64,000 nucleotides of DNA from NCBI GenBank assembly GCA_964516745.1, contig CAZEYD010000001.1, positions 303,309 to 367,308 on the forward strand, written 5' to 3'. The position numbers and the translations under genes were made by a program. The stretch's first letter is position 1. Each line of letters opens with the position of its first letter. The notes beneath the pieces were generated by a model. It was not told the DNA's origin and made no database searches. It saw nothing but the letters and a program-made list of their open reading frames with translations. Shown piece by piece: positions 46,625 through 56,283 of the stretch. This stretch comes from Candidatus Woesearchaeota archaeon (lineage in GTDB: Archaea; Nanobdellota; Nanobdellia; Pacearchaeales; GW2011-AR1).

Positions 46625-47134
46625 ATGATAAATAGAAAAAACAAAAAAGGTGTTTCCGCAATTGTTGCGACGAGTCTTATAATTCTAATTACTGTAGCTG
46701 CTATATCAATTGTATGGACAGTAGTTTTGCCAATGATAAGAAATAGTCTTCAAAGTAGTCAAGCATGTATGGAGGCTGCTAGCGCTATAACCATAAGAAC
46801 TAGTACAGGAAAAACATGTTGGAGTGACGGTAATAGAAAAGTATATGTTCAGATAGAGAGGTCATCTGCTAATATCGATATAACTTCGCTTAATTTAAAA
46901 GCTATTGACGCTAATGGTAATGCCCAAAACGAAAACATAGAAACAACCAATGTAACAGCCTTTGGGGTTGGTGGTTTAGGCCCAGGAGACGTTTATACAT
47001 ACAATCAGACTGCAGTTCTTAAAATTGTCACCTTCGAAATAATTCCTGTCATAACCATTGGGACACAAGAATATTCGTGCAATGACGCTGTCGCTTCCGC
47101 AGAAGTTGGCATATGTCCATCTCTCGGTGCTTAA
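46625..47134 (+). CDS. Archaeal type IV pilin (tandem paralog 3 of 3)
   Basis: It shares the conserved N- and C-termini of paralogs 1 and 2, with a variable middle. Confidence 0.75.
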   Translation: MINRKNKKGVSAIVATSLIILITVAAISIVWTVVLPMIRNSLQSSQACMEAASAITIRTSTGKTCWSDGNRKVYVQIERSSANIDITSLNLKAIDANGNAQNENIETTNVTAFGVGGLGPGDVYTYNQTAVLKIVTFEIIPVITIGTQEYSCNDAVASAEVGICPSLGA

Positions 47135-47218
47135 AGCATTAAACCATCTAGGACCTTATTCATTTATTCTATCTTGTTTTTAAGTTAAATATTTAAATGA
47201 ATTTTCCTTCATTAAATC

Positions 47219-47764
47219 ATGAGGTGTATTATTGAAAATAAAAGTTCTCTTAATAAAAGAGGACAGGTATGGATAGAAACAGTTGTTTATACTTTGGTTG
47301 GATTAGCGATTTTGGGTTTACTATTAGCTGCAACAAAACCAAAATTAGATAAAATGAAAGATGAATCTTTAATTAATCAAGCAATAGAAAGTTTTGGAGT
47401 AATTAATGAAAAAATATATGAAGCAGCTCAAACAACTGGTATGAGAGTAAAATATAATTTAGAGATCGGCAAAGGCGTCTTTTCTATAAATGCGACAGAT
47501 GATTCGCTTTATTGGACAATACCATCCAGCTTAAAATATAGCGAAGAAGATATAGAAGTAAGTATCGGAACGACAATGACGGTAAAAACAACCTCTGCTG
47601 ATCCATGGCTAGTAGAAATCAAAATGCCCTATAACTTTGATATTAAATATAACAGCGAAGATGAAAATAAAGAATTTATTAAAAGCGGGACACCATATGT
47701 TTTTACAATAGAAAACGAAGGATCTCAAGATAGAGTATTACAATTAAACTTTAAGGAAATATAA
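47219..47764 (+). CDS. Pilin-like protein
   Basis: LNKRGQVWIETVVYTLVGLAILGLLLA shows G then Q followed by a hydrophobic helix, with an early Glu. Confidence 0.55.
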   Translation: MRCIIENKSSLNKRGQVWIETVVYTLVGLAILGLLLAATKPKLDKMKDESLINQAIESFGVINEKIYEAAQTTGMRVKYNLEIGKGVFSINATDDSLYWTIPSSLKYSEEDIEVSIGTTMTVKTTSADPWLVEIKMPYNFDIKYNSEDENKEFIKSGTPYVFTIENEGSQDRVLQLNFKEI

Positions 47765-47768
47765 GATT

Positions 47769-49298
47769 ATGGAAAAGATAAAAATAAACCTAAATCCAAT
47801 AGTTCCCTCTATTCAAAAGTTCGAAGATAAAGCTCAAATAAATGTAAGATATATGGTAATCTCCCCATATGTATCAATCCATATTTATTGGGATTCACAA
47901 ATATCAGAAGTTATATATGAGGTAGAGGAACCGATTCTAGACCAAAAGGAAACTGAACTATTAAGTAAAATAGAACTGTCGCTAAGAGAAACAGTGAATT
48001 TCAATATAAGCGAAGAAAATCAGACAAAGGAATCTCTAATAAATTATATTGAAGACAATTCTAGATCAACCATATCAGAGCTAGGTATAAAATCAAGCGA
48101 AGAATCATTCAGGAAAATATTTTATTATCTTTACAGAGATTTTATCGGACTCAATGAAATAGAGGCATTTATGAGAGATTATTTTATAGAAGATATTGAG
48201 TGTAATGGAGCGGGAGAACAGATATACATAGTTCATCGTGTATTTAGGAATGTTAAAACAAATGTAAAGTTTAAATCTATAGAGCCTTTGTCTAATTTTG
48301 TAGAGAAATTGGCACAAAAAACAGGTCGATATATTTCATATGCGTCACCAATATTAGATGGAAGTTTACCAGATGGGAGCAGAGTTAACGCAACATACAC
48401 CAAAGATATAACAAGCAAAGGACCAACATTCACAATAAGGAAATTTACAAAAGTTCCTTGGACACCAATTCAGTTATTAGGATTTAATTCAATAAGCCCA
48501 GAAATGTTAGCATATTTCTGGTTGGCCCTTCAGTATAATGCAAATATAATGATAGTAGGAGGAACAGCATCAGGAAAAACAACTTTATTGAATGCAATAG
48601 CATTTTTCATATCTCCTGAAAAAAGAGTTGTTTCAATTGAGGATACTAGAGAATTGAATCTACCGAGAGAAAACTGGTTACCAAGTGTAGTAAGGTCGGG
48701 AATGTCTAACAGTGGTGTAGGTGAGGTAGATATGTTTAGTTTACTAAAGGGCTCATTTAGACAAAATCCAGATTATGTTATTGTTGGTGAAGTAAGAGGG
48801 AAAGAAGCCTCTGTTTTGTTTCAAGGTATGGCATCAGGTCATTCTTCCATCTCGACACTCCATGCAGACTCAGTTCAAGCAATCGTTAATAGATTATCGA
48901 CGCCACCAATTAGTTTGAGTCCAACACTAATAAATACTTTAGATTTTGTAGCCATTCAAACTCATGCAGTTGTTAACGGTCACGAAACTCGTCGACTTAG
49001 AGAAATAGTCGAAATTACACAAGTCAATCCAGATGGAACATTTCAGACAAATACCCCATTTCAGTGGAATCCAGCAGATGATAAGTTCTACTTTCAAAGT
49101 CAAAGCCAATTATTCACGAAGATATCGGAAAAAAACGGAATTTCGATGGAGCAATTAATAAAAGAATATGAAACAAGAAAGAAAGTATTATACGCACTAT
49201 ATAATCAGAAAATATTAGGATATGATGAAGTCCAAAGAGTAATAAATGAATATTCTAAAAATCCAGCCCCAATCTTAACTAGACTAGGAATATCCTAA
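47769..49298 (+). CDS. Type IV pilus/archaellum-family secretion ATPase (FlaI/PilB/VirB11-like)
   Basis: Walker A GGTASGKTTLLNA, LPDGSRVNATY, Walker B-like VIVGEVRGKEA and His-box SGHSSISTLHA. Confidence 0.85.
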   Translation: MEKIKINLNPIVPSIQKFEDKAQINVRYMVISPYVSIHIYWDSQISEVIYEVEEPILDQKETELLSKIELSLRETVNFNISEENQTKESLINYIEDNSRSTISELGIKSSEESFRKIFYYLYRDFIGLNEIEAFMRDYFIEDIECNGAGEQIYIVHRVFRNVKTNVKFKSIEPLSNFVEKLAQKTGRYISYASPILDGSLPDGSRVNATYTKDITSKGPTFTIRKFTKVPWTPIQLLGFNSISPEMLAYFWLALQYNANIMIVGGTASGKTTLLNAIAFFISPEKRVVSIEDTRELNLPRENWLPSVVRSGMSNSGVGEVDMFSLLKGSFRQNPDYVIVGEVRGKEASVLFQGMASGHSSISTLHADSVQAIVNRLSTPPISLSPTLINTLDFVAIQTHAVVNGHETRRLREIVEITQVNPDGTFQTNTPFQWNPADDKFYFQSQSQLFTKISEKNGISMEQLIKEYETRKKVLYALYNQKILGYDEVQRVINEYSKNPAPILTRLGIS

Positions 49299-49738
49299 TC
49301 AAGTAATATTGTTTTTACTTCATCAATAAATGCATCAACCTTAACTGCATATTCAGTTAATTGTTCCATATTAATATTCGTAGTTTTCGTTGCATCTTTT
49401 ATTTTAAGTGTAACATGTTTTCTAAATTCGCTTTCACGAGCTTTTGATAAATCGGGAACACGTTTAAAGAAAATGTACATAGGTATAATATTTTGGATAG
49501 TGGGAAATTTACTAAAATACTTTCTTATGAATTCTATTCTCTGTTTAGGGGAGATAGGCATTTCGGGGATTTTGCCTAATTCATTATATTTTTCAATGAT
49601 AGAATCAAAACTACCTTCTATCAAGCTCTTCCATCTAGCTAACAGGTTCAAAATAACATCACATGTCTTAGTATATTTTAAGCTCACATATAGTAAGTGA
49701 TCGGCACTTGTTTTTTCTTTGGCAATTTCTTCTATCAT
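49295..49738 (-). CDS. Hypothetical protein
   Basis: 147-aa ORF, predicted helical. No family was recognised. Confidence 0.5.
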   Translation of the reverse strand: MIEEIAKEKTSADHLLYVSLKYTKTCDVILNLLARWKSLIEGSFDSIIEKYNELGKIPEMPISPKQRIEFIRKYFSKFPTIQNIIPMYIFFKRVPDLSKARESEFRKHVTLKIKDATKTTNINMEQLTEYAVKVDAFIDEVKTILLD

Positions 49739-49793
49739 AGTTCATTCAGTAAAATTTAAATGGGTAACTCATTTTTGGAAAGCATTTACCTTT

Positions 49794-50624
49794 TTATACT
49801 TTTTTGTTTTTTCTATATTTCTTACGAGCTACAAAAAATGCTATTATAACAATTATAGCGGCTATAATCCAAAAGTTAGAGTTATTTTTCCCCTCTTTAG
49901 GATAGTCGAAGTTTCCTAAATCCAATTTAATATTTTGATTTACCGTTCTTCTAGTGTTAGTAACATCTGAATAATGTACAGTAAGATTTAGAGAATCGTT
50001 TTTAGTTAGAAGTTTAAACTCAGATGTTGTTGCTTCGTTAGAAGACAAATCTCCAATATTCTCTCTATTAGGACCATATACTTTAATGCCATTCTGGTTA
50101 GGAATCTCTATCGTTACGGCTTCAATATCCTCGCTACCAGTATTTAAAATTTCAAATGTAATAGTGTTTGTCGCTGTATCGAAATCGTCAACAAAAATCT
50201 CAAAATTAGCCCTAATATCTCTTATTTCAATATCAAATGTTTTTTCAAGGTTTTGATATTTTAATTTAATTGGGGTTTCTCCATCTAGTGCATCTTCGTC
50301 AACTCTAACTTTAAAGGGGGCCATAAATGTACTGCTATAATCTCTCGTGTATGTTCCAGATTGAATATTATAAATTGGAGAAGATGATGGATCAAGAGTA
50401 AATGGGAATTCTTCTAAGAGTTCTACATTAACATCTTCACATTCAGAGGAATCAATTCCGCTAATTTGGAAAACCAATTTAAGTATATCTCCTGGTACTG
50501 CAGGGTATGGTTCCTGATTCAATAATGCAACACTTAAATCACAACCTGCTACAGCTATCACACCGTTCGACAAAAATAATGTTAATATCAAACTAAAGAA
50601 AATTATCATCTTTTTCATATTCAA
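49794..50624 (-). CDS. Surface protein with signal peptide and C-terminal TM anchor
   Basis: MKKMIIFFSLILTLFLSNGVIA at the N-terminus, and NFWIIAAIIVIIAFFVARKKYRK at the C-terminus. The beta-rich middle resembles archaeal S-layer-domain/CARDB-like proteins. Confidence 0.6.
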   Translation of the reverse strand: MNMKKMIIFFSLILTLFLSNGVIAVAGCDLSVALLNQEPYPAVPGDILKLVFQISGIDSSECEDVNVELLEEFPFTLDPSSSPIYNIQSGTYTRDYSSTFMAPFKVRVDEDALDGETPIKLKYQNLEKTFDIEIRDIRANFEIFVDDFDTATNTITFEILNTGSEDIEAVTIEIPNQNGIKVYGPNRENIGDLSSNEATTSEFKLLTKNDSLNLTVHYSDVTNTRRTVNQNIKLDLGNFDYPKEGKNNSNFWIIAAIIVIIAFFVARKKYRKNKKV

Positions 50625-50717
50625 CCAAAGAAAATTCTTTTTTTAAACATTTCTATAACCAACATATTTCAATCCATATAAATTTAAAAAGAGTACAAAC
50701 TTACATAAAAAAAGAGG

Positions 50718-50966
50718 ATGGGAAAAAAATGTATTTATTGTTCTGCTGAAATAGAGTCTACTTCTGTAGTTGATATGTGTGAACTCTGTATGTATCAAGT
50801 ATGGGGAGAAAAGATGACAAAAGCAATATTGGAGAATATGGAAAGGGAAAGAGAAGCAGGTAATTTAGAACTAGGTAGAGTAGGAGAAACATCAAAACTA
50901 AGTCATGAAATTAAAAAAGAAATGCAAATAGTAGAATTTGACGACGACAAAATAAAAGAGTCATAA
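50718..50966 (+). CDS. Small Cys4 protein, hypothetical
   Basis: CIYCSAE...CELCMYQ. Confidence 0.45.
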   Translation: MGKKCIYCSAEIESTSVVDMCELCMYQVWGEKMTKAILENMEREREAGNLELGRVGETSKLSHEIKKEMQIVEFDDDKIKES

Positions 50967-51138
50967 GAAAGATACTCCTTAAGGATATAAAATCCCACAG
51001 AAGCATCAAAGATCACACCAAGAATTTATTGTAAAAGTAGTAAAAAGATTTTTAAAGGGTTTTTTTCTTCATCTATTAGGACAATTTATGTTCGAGTTGT
51101 AATACAGCGAGAAATGGTTCTCAGTTGTTAAAAATAAT

Positions 51139-51387
51139 ATGGTACGAGGAAAAAGAATAAGACAAAAAGGCAAAATCAGGTTTAGTGAATACTTTAAAAA
51201 ACTAGACAATAATGATAGAGTTGCTGTGGTAATAGAAAAAGCAGTTAGGGCAGCATTCCCTAAAAGACTTCAAGGCAGAAGTGGAAAGGTGATAGGTGAG
51301 AGAGGTAGATTTAAATCAGTTGAAATCAACGACAAAAATAAAGTAAAAACGTATATAATACATCCAGTACACTTAAAAAAATTATAA
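51139..51387 (+). CDS. rpl21e: Ribosomal protein eL21
   Basis: MVRGKRIRQKGK...RLQGRSGKVIG...IHPVHLKKL. Confidence 0.85.
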   Translation: MVRGKRIRQKGKIRFSEYFKKLDNNDRVAVVIEKAVRAAFPKRLQGRSGKVIGERGRFKSVEINDKNKVKTYIIHPVHLKKL

Positions 51388-51689
51388 TGGTAATAAAAGA
51401 AGAAAAACCACTAACAATATCTGAAGTAGCAAGCTTAATCGGAGATACAGAAAGAATAGAATCAATAATGACTTTTATTAAACAGTTTAAAGTCCAACCC
51501 GTAGAAAAAGCATTAGAGTTAAAACAAGAACTAAAAGAGTTGGATTTATTAAAATTAAAAGAAAAATATATAGTTAAAATAGTTGACTTTATGCCCGAAG
51601 AACCAACGGAATTAAATAAAATACTTAGTGATTTGAATCTAGATGCAACAGAAATCACAAAGATATTAGATGTTGTTAAAAGATATTGA
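51387..51689 (+). CDS. rpoF: RNA polymerase subunit Rpo4/RpoF (probable)
   Basis: Size, helical character and the conserved position between rpl21e and the DUF655-type gene. Confidence 0.65.
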   Translation: MVIKEEKPLTISEVASLIGDTERIESIMTFIKQFKVQPVEKALELKQELKELDLLKLKEKYIVKIVDFMPEEPTELNKILSDLNLDATEITKILDVVKRY

Positions 51690-52231
51690 AGATAATGGTA
51701 CAAGAAGAAAATGCAATTATATTAGATTTCCTACCTTATGGATATCCATTAGAGAATAAGATGTTACCAGTAGCACAAGCTATTGGTAAAGACAAATTTA
51801 CTCTTTTACAATTGGTCCCTAGAAGAGGTATAAAGTTTGAAGTAGGCGAAACAGTTTATATTGGAGTAGACAAAAGAGAAAAAGTCCAATATATATTAGG
51901 GAGATGTCCTCGAGAAAAATTAACAGAAACATCAAAAATGCAATTGGCTGAATTTATTGAAAAATCAGTAGAAGAACAAGAAGATCGTATAGTTAAATTT
52001 TTCAACGAGGCACAACCTATAAATACCCGACTTCATCAATTTGAATTAATACCTGGATTTGGTAAAAAGCATACTCAAGCTATTATAGAAGCAAGAGAAA
52101 CAAAGCCCTTTGTATCATGTCAGGATATAAAGGAAAGAGTTCACAATATTCCAGACCCAAAGAAGGGTGTAGAAAAAAGAATATTAGAGGAATTAACAGA
52201 AATACAGAGATACAATTTATTTATATCATAA
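51686..52231 (+). CDS. OB-fold/HhH nucleic-acid-binding protein (DUF655-type)
   Basis: ILDFLPYGYP..., LIPGFGKKHTQAIIEAR, and conserved synteny. Confidence 0.7.
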   Translation: MKIMVQEENAIILDFLPYGYPLENKMLPVAQAIGKDKFTLLQLVPRRGIKFEVGETVYIGVDKREKVQYILGRCPREKLTETSKMQLAEFIEKSVEEQEDRIVKFFNEAQPINTRLHQFELIPGFGKKHTQAIIEARETKPFVSCQDIKERVHNIPDPKKGVEKRILEELTEIQRYNLFIS

Positions 52232-52232
52232 A

Positions 52233-52703
52233 ATGGCAGAAAAAAACTTTCATAAACAACAAGAGCAAGATTTTGAACTAATTAGATTACTTGGAAAGGA
52301 CATTAGGGGAAGTAAAGATGTTTTTACTGGTCTGACATTAGTAAAAGGTATTAATTGGGCAGTTTCAAATGCAATATGTAAAATAACTGGAATAGACAAA
52401 GATAAGAAAGTAGGAGAACTAGATACAGATGACATTAAGAAAATAGAAGATTTTATGTCTAATCCCACATTACCATCATTTCTAAAAAATAGACAGAAAG
52501 ATTTCGATAGCGGGGAAGATTTTCATCTATATAGTTCTGATTTGAATTTAAGGCAGGAATTTGATATTAAGAGATTAAAAAAAATAAGATCGTATAAAGG
52601 ACTAAGGCATGCATTTAATCTGCCAGTACGAGGACAAAGAACTAAATCAAATTTTAGACCAAACAGGCGAAAGAATGCAGCTGCTGGTTCTAAAAAGAAG
52701 TAA
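52233..52703 (+). CDS. rps13: Ribosomal protein uS13
   Basis: IRSYKGLRHAFNLPVRGQRTKSN. Confidence 0.9.
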   Translation: MAEKNFHKQQEQDFELIRLLGKDIRGSKDVFTGLTLVKGINWAVSNAICKITGIDKDKKVGELDTDDIKKIEDFMSNPTLPSFLKNRQKDFDSGEDFHLYSSDLNLRQEFDIKRLKKIRSYKGLRHAFNLPVRGQRTKSNFRPNRRKNAAAGSKKK

Positions 52704-52707
52704 TAAT

Positions 52708-53223
52708 ATGGGCGATATAAAAAGAAAAAGAAAAAAGTTTAGTAGACCAAGACAATTATTCGATAGAGTTAGAATGGACCAAGAAAATGCGATAGTAGAG
52801 AAATACGGTCTAAAAAACAAGAGAGAGATATGGAAAGCAAAAACAAAGATTTCAAGAATAAGAAGAAGAGCGAAGGAATTAATAGGTGTTTCAATGGAAG
52901 AACAAAAAGAATTTTTTGATAAATTAAATAAGTTAGGATTAAAGATATCTGAAATAAGTGATGCATTAGCTTTAACAGAAAATGATTTATTAGAAAGAAG
53001 GTTACAAACGATTGTATTTAAAAAGTCCTTAGCAAACACAGTAAAGCAAGCTAGGCAACTAATTGTGCATAAACATGTTCTAGTAGATGGTTCTATTGTT
53101 AATACGCCTTCGGTATGGGTTAACAAAAGTATGGAATCAAAAATCAATATAAAACCTAGAAGCGAAAAAGTAAAACCTAGTCAGTCAGAGATAGACAGCA
53201 CACCAGAGGAGGAAACCGAATAA
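52708..53223 (+). CDS. rps4: Ribosomal protein uS4
   Basis: MGDIKRKRKKFSRPRQLFD...ARQLIVHKHVLVDG (S4 domain). The ORF-track start at 52609 overlaps rps13. Confidence 0.9.
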   Translation: MGDIKRKRKKFSRPRQLFDRVRMDQENAIVEKYGLKNKREIWKAKTKISRIRRRAKELIGVSMEEQKEFFDKLNKLGLKISEISDALALTENDLLERRLQTIVFKKSLANTVKQARQLIVHKHVLVDGSIVNTPSVWVNKSMESKINIKPRSEKVKPSQSEIDSTPEEETE

Positions 53224-53224
53224 T

Positions 53225-53617
53225 ATGGCAAAAGAAAAAACAGAAGACCATGTTGCAATATTGAATATATATGCAAGTTATAACAACACAATAACAAATT
53301 TAACGGATTTAGCTGGAAATACAATAGGAAGGGTAACAGGTGGGCAGATAACAAAGCATGATAGAATGAGAGCCAATCCAACAATAGCTATGTTCATAGC
53401 TAAAAGAGTTCAAGAGCTGTGTAAAGACTATAAAATCACGAGTTTGTATATTAGAATGAAAGGACAGACTGGTGGTAGAGGTATCGGACCGGGTGGACAT
53501 GCCATAGTAAAAACATTAACCAAAGAAGGATTTAGGATACTGAGTATGAATGAGACTACATGTGTTCCTCGTGGAGGTCCAAAAAAGAAAGGTGGACGAA
53601 GGGGGCGTAGAGTATAA
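53225..53617 (+). CDS. rps11: Ribosomal protein uS11
   Basis: NNTITNLTD..., GPGGHAIVKTL and TCVPRGGPKKKGGRRGRRV. Confidence 0.9.
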   Translation: MAKEKTEDHVAILNIYASYNNTITNLTDLAGNTIGRVTGGQITKHDRMRANPTIAMFIAKRVQELCKDYKITSLYIRMKGQTGGRGIGPGGHAIVKTLTKEGFRILSMNETTCVPRGGPKKKGGRRGRRV

Positions 53618-53648
53618 ATTTATAAATCGAATTTATAATTAATATAAC

Positions 53649-54353
53649 ATGGAATTAATAAATAAAAACAATCACAAAATAAGTTTTATAGCTTCAATGA
53701 ATATAAGTTTAGCGAATGCTATAAGAAGAACTGTCGTTGAAATTCCAGTGTTAGCAATTAGAGAATGTGATTTCTACAAAAATGATAGTGCACTGTATGA
53801 TGAAATGATTGCACAGAGACTAGGATTAGTCCCATTAAAGAATCAAAAACTAAAAAAAGGTGAAATCATCGAGCTTAAAATGAAAGCTAAAGGTGCAGAA
53901 GGTGGAATCTATGTTATGTCGGGAGAGTTAGGAGATATGGTAGTATTCCCAGACATGCCGATAGTTTATTTAGATAAAGGTCAAAGTATTGAAATCGTTG
54001 CAAGAGTAGGAATGGGTGATGGGCAGGAGCACGCAAAATTTATACCTGGGCTTTTCTATTATAAAAATCTATCAAAAATAAAGATAAATAAAGAAGGGGA
54101 ATCATTAATTGAATTATCAAAAATATATCCTGAAATTTTTGAGTTTAAAGATAAGTTAATGGTCAAAGATGCAAGTAAATGTGAGTTAGATACAGAGGAC
54201 CTAAAAAATTATCCTGGAGTAGAAATTACGTTTGATAATAAATTAGTCTTTGATATTGAAACATGGGGACAAATGAGTACAACTGATATCTTTTTAGAAA
54301 GTTGTAAAACTCTAAAATCGAATTTGTCTGAAGTTTCTAAACTACTAAAATAA
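53649..54353 (+). CDS. rpoD: RNA polymerase subunit Rpo3/RpoD
   Basis: ANAIRRTVVEIPVLAI, DEMIAQRLGLVPL, and position after rps11. Confidence 0.8.
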   Translation: MELINKNNHKISFIASMNISLANAIRRTVVEIPVLAIRECDFYKNDSALYDEMIAQRLGLVPLKNQKLKKGEIIELKMKAKGAEGGIYVMSGELGDMVVFPDMPIVYLDKGQSIEIVARVGMGDGQEHAKFIPGLFYYKNLSKIKINKEGESLIELSKIYPEIFEFKDKLMVKDASKCELDTEDLKNYPGVEITFDNKLVFDIETWGQMSTTDIFLESCKTLKSNLSEVSKLLK

Positions 54354-54431
54354 TAATATAGAAAGAGATATTAGGACGATTATAACCTACAAGGGTTCAA
54401 ATCATCCTATCTTTTTATTAAAAAATAGAAA

Positions 54432-54803
54432 ATGGAAAAAACAATAAACAAAACCAAAATAGAACGAAGAATGAAGGGAAAGAAAGATTCTTTATTAGTG
54501 GAAACAATAATCAAGTTAAAAAAAACAAATCCAGAAGTAGCAAAAGAACTAGCAAAACCAAAAAGGAAATGGGCTACAATGAATTTAAAAGATGTTGACA
54601 TGGTTGATGGAGATGTTATCGTTGCTGGGAAGGTTCTAAGTGCTGGCGAATTAACAATAAAAAAAAGGATAGTTGCTTGGTCTTTTAGTCAAAAAGCTAA
54701 AGCAAAAATCGATAGTGTAAAAGGTGAAGCAATTTTAATTATAAAAGAGATGGAAAAAAATCCAGAATTAAATGACTTAATGCTTGTAAAACAAAAATGG
54801 TAG
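54432..54803 (+). CDS. rpl18e: Ribosomal protein eL18
   Basis: AKPKRKWATMNL..., GKVLSAGEL, and synteny. Confidence 0.8.
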   Translation: MEKTINKTKIERRMKGKKDSLLVETIIKLKKTNPEVAKELAKPKRKWATMNLKDVDMVDGDVIVAGKVLSAGELTIKKRIVAWSFSQKAKAKIDSVKGEAILIIKEMEKNPELNDLMLVKQKW

Positions 54804-55210
54804 AAATAATTGTTGATGGTAAAGATATAGTATTAGGAAGATTAGGTAGTTATGTTGCCAAAGAATTATTAAAAGGAAATTCTGTAACGGTAATCAACTC
54901 AGAAGAGGTCGTTATGTCTGGCAATAAGAATCAAATAGTAGAGAAAATCAACAAAAAAAGACGAATGGGACAAGGTGGATCTCTTAAAGGGCCAATATAT
55001 ATAAGGCAAAGTGATAGATTGTTAAAAAGAATGATAAGAGGAATGCTCCCATGGGATAGAACAAAAGGAAGAGAAGCATATAAGCGGTTAAGATGTTACA
55101 TAGGAAGTTCTGATATTAGTGAAGAAGATTTATTGAAGGTAAAAACATTAAATTTCAAGAGGCCCCTAAGGGTTGTAACAATGAAAGAGATTGTGAGGGC
55201 ATTAAAATGA
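54797..55210 (+). CDS. rpl13: Ribosomal protein uL13
   Basis: GRLGSYVAKELLKG..., MIRGMLP, and synteny. Confidence 0.85.
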   Translation: MVEIIVDGKDIVLGRLGSYVAKELLKGNSVTVINSEEVVMSGNKNQIVEKINKKRRMGQGGSLKGPIYIRQSDRLLKRMIRGMLPWDRTKGREAYKRLRCYIGSSDISEEDLLKVKTLNFKRPLRVVTMKEIVRALK

Positions 55211-55608
55211 ATAATCTTGTAGTTTCGGGAAAAAGAAAAACAGCAATAGCAAAAGCAACAATAAAAGAAGGAACAGGAATAGTTACATATAATAAAAAAC
55301 CAATTTCTTTTTTACCACAATTACAACAATTAGAAATAAGTGAACCGTTAATTTTGGCGAAAAACATTTTAAAAGATATTCAATTCGATATTGCATTAAA
55401 TGTAAAGGGCGGAGGTAGTTCTTGTCAAATTGAGGCCTCTAGATTAGCAATCGCAAGAGCAATTGTAAAATTCACAGAGAACGAAGAGGTAAAGCGTTCA
55501 TTTTTATCTTACGATAGGAATTTATTAGTAGCAGATACCAGAAGAAAAGAAACTTGTAAACCAGGCGACTCAAAAGCACGAGCAAAAAGACAAACATCAT
55601 TTAGATAA
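55207..55608 (+). CDS. rps9: Ribosomal protein uS9
   Basis: GKRKTAIAKA..., GGGSSCQIEASRLAIARA, and a basic C-terminus ending in R. Confidence 0.9.
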   Translation: MNNLVVSGKRKTAIAKATIKEGTGIVTYNKKPISFLPQLQQLEISEPLILAKNILKDIQFDIALNVKGGGSSCQIEASRLAIARAIVKFTENEEVKRSFLSYDRNLLVADTRRKETCKPGDSKARAKRQTSFR

Positions 55609-55643
55609 ATATGCATTTAATAAAAATATCTTATATCAATTAA

Positions 55644-56186
55644 TCATATTATTTTTTTAGGTCTAAGCTGTTTTTCTAATTTTCTTTGGACGGCATAAAA
55701 CGTTTCATTATCAATAATTACTTTATGCTTGGACCTATAGATTTTCCCTCCAAACTTTATTTCACCCAAATAACATCTATTTGTTAGAACTTTCTTCATT
55801 CCATTAAGGGAAAGTCCAAATTCTTTAGAAAGTGAATTAAGAGAACAATCGGTTTTTAAAAAAGTCCTATAGAGCGAGACTACTCTAATACTATCTTCAT
55901 TTGGTATAAATTCCTTGTTCTTAATAGAATACCCGAGAGGAGCTCTCGTGACAGGGTGCCCATCTTTTATCTCTGTTTCCATACCTTTCTTTTGTTTAAT
56001 TCCGCGATTAGAATTGAACTTTCTGAAAGTTTCCAAAGTTTTCCAATCTATCTTTTCAAGAACATATTTCTTGACATCTCTTTCATTATCTGGGACAAAA
56101 GCGCCACATATATTACAAAAAGATTTACTAAATCTCCAAACCTCGTTTCTATCGGAATATCCACATTTAGAGCACACCATATACAT
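55644..56186 (-). CDS. Zn-ribbon plus serine-recombinase 'recombinase domain' protein lacking the catalytic resolvase domain
   Basis: N-terminal CSKCG..CNICG. Then APLGYSIKNKEFIPNEDSIRVVSLYRTFL...LNSLSKEFGLSLNGMKKVLTNRCYLGEIKF...HKVIIDNETFYAVQRKL, which matches the recombinase-domain pattern of large serine recombinases. Confidence 0.6.
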   Translation of the reverse strand: MYMVCSKCGYSDRNEVWRFSKSFCNICGAFVPDNERDVKKYVLEKIDWKTLETFRKFNSNRGIKQKKGMETEIKDGHPVTRAPLGYSIKNKEFIPNEDSIRVVSLYRTFLKTDCSLNSLSKEFGLSLNGMKKVLTNRCYLGEIKFGGKIYRSKHKVIIDNETFYAVQRKLEKQLRPKKII

Positions 56187-56283
56187 TAAAAGAATTTCAT
56201 CTTTAAAATTTTAATCATTATAAGAGTAGTATAAAGTTCTTAGAAACCAAAATTTTTTATAACTGAGAAAGTATAATTATTGT

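Larger units (their letters stand above)
45338..47134 (+). repeat. Tandem three-copy pilin gene array, each copy with its own conserved promoter-like box
   Basis: AAACATTTATAATTAA recurs at 45338-45354, 45986-46002 and 46574-46589. The leader ...cttagataaactataattaagagggaaatATG is repeated before copies 2 and 3. Confidence 0.7.

Noticed and set aside
52609-52707. A long N-terminal extension of uS4. The same applies to ef1b (7566-7607), radB (59833-59853) and the regulator at 39368-39433.
   Set aside because: The extensions overlap upstream genes or add implausible residues. Internal ATGs give canonical N-termini.
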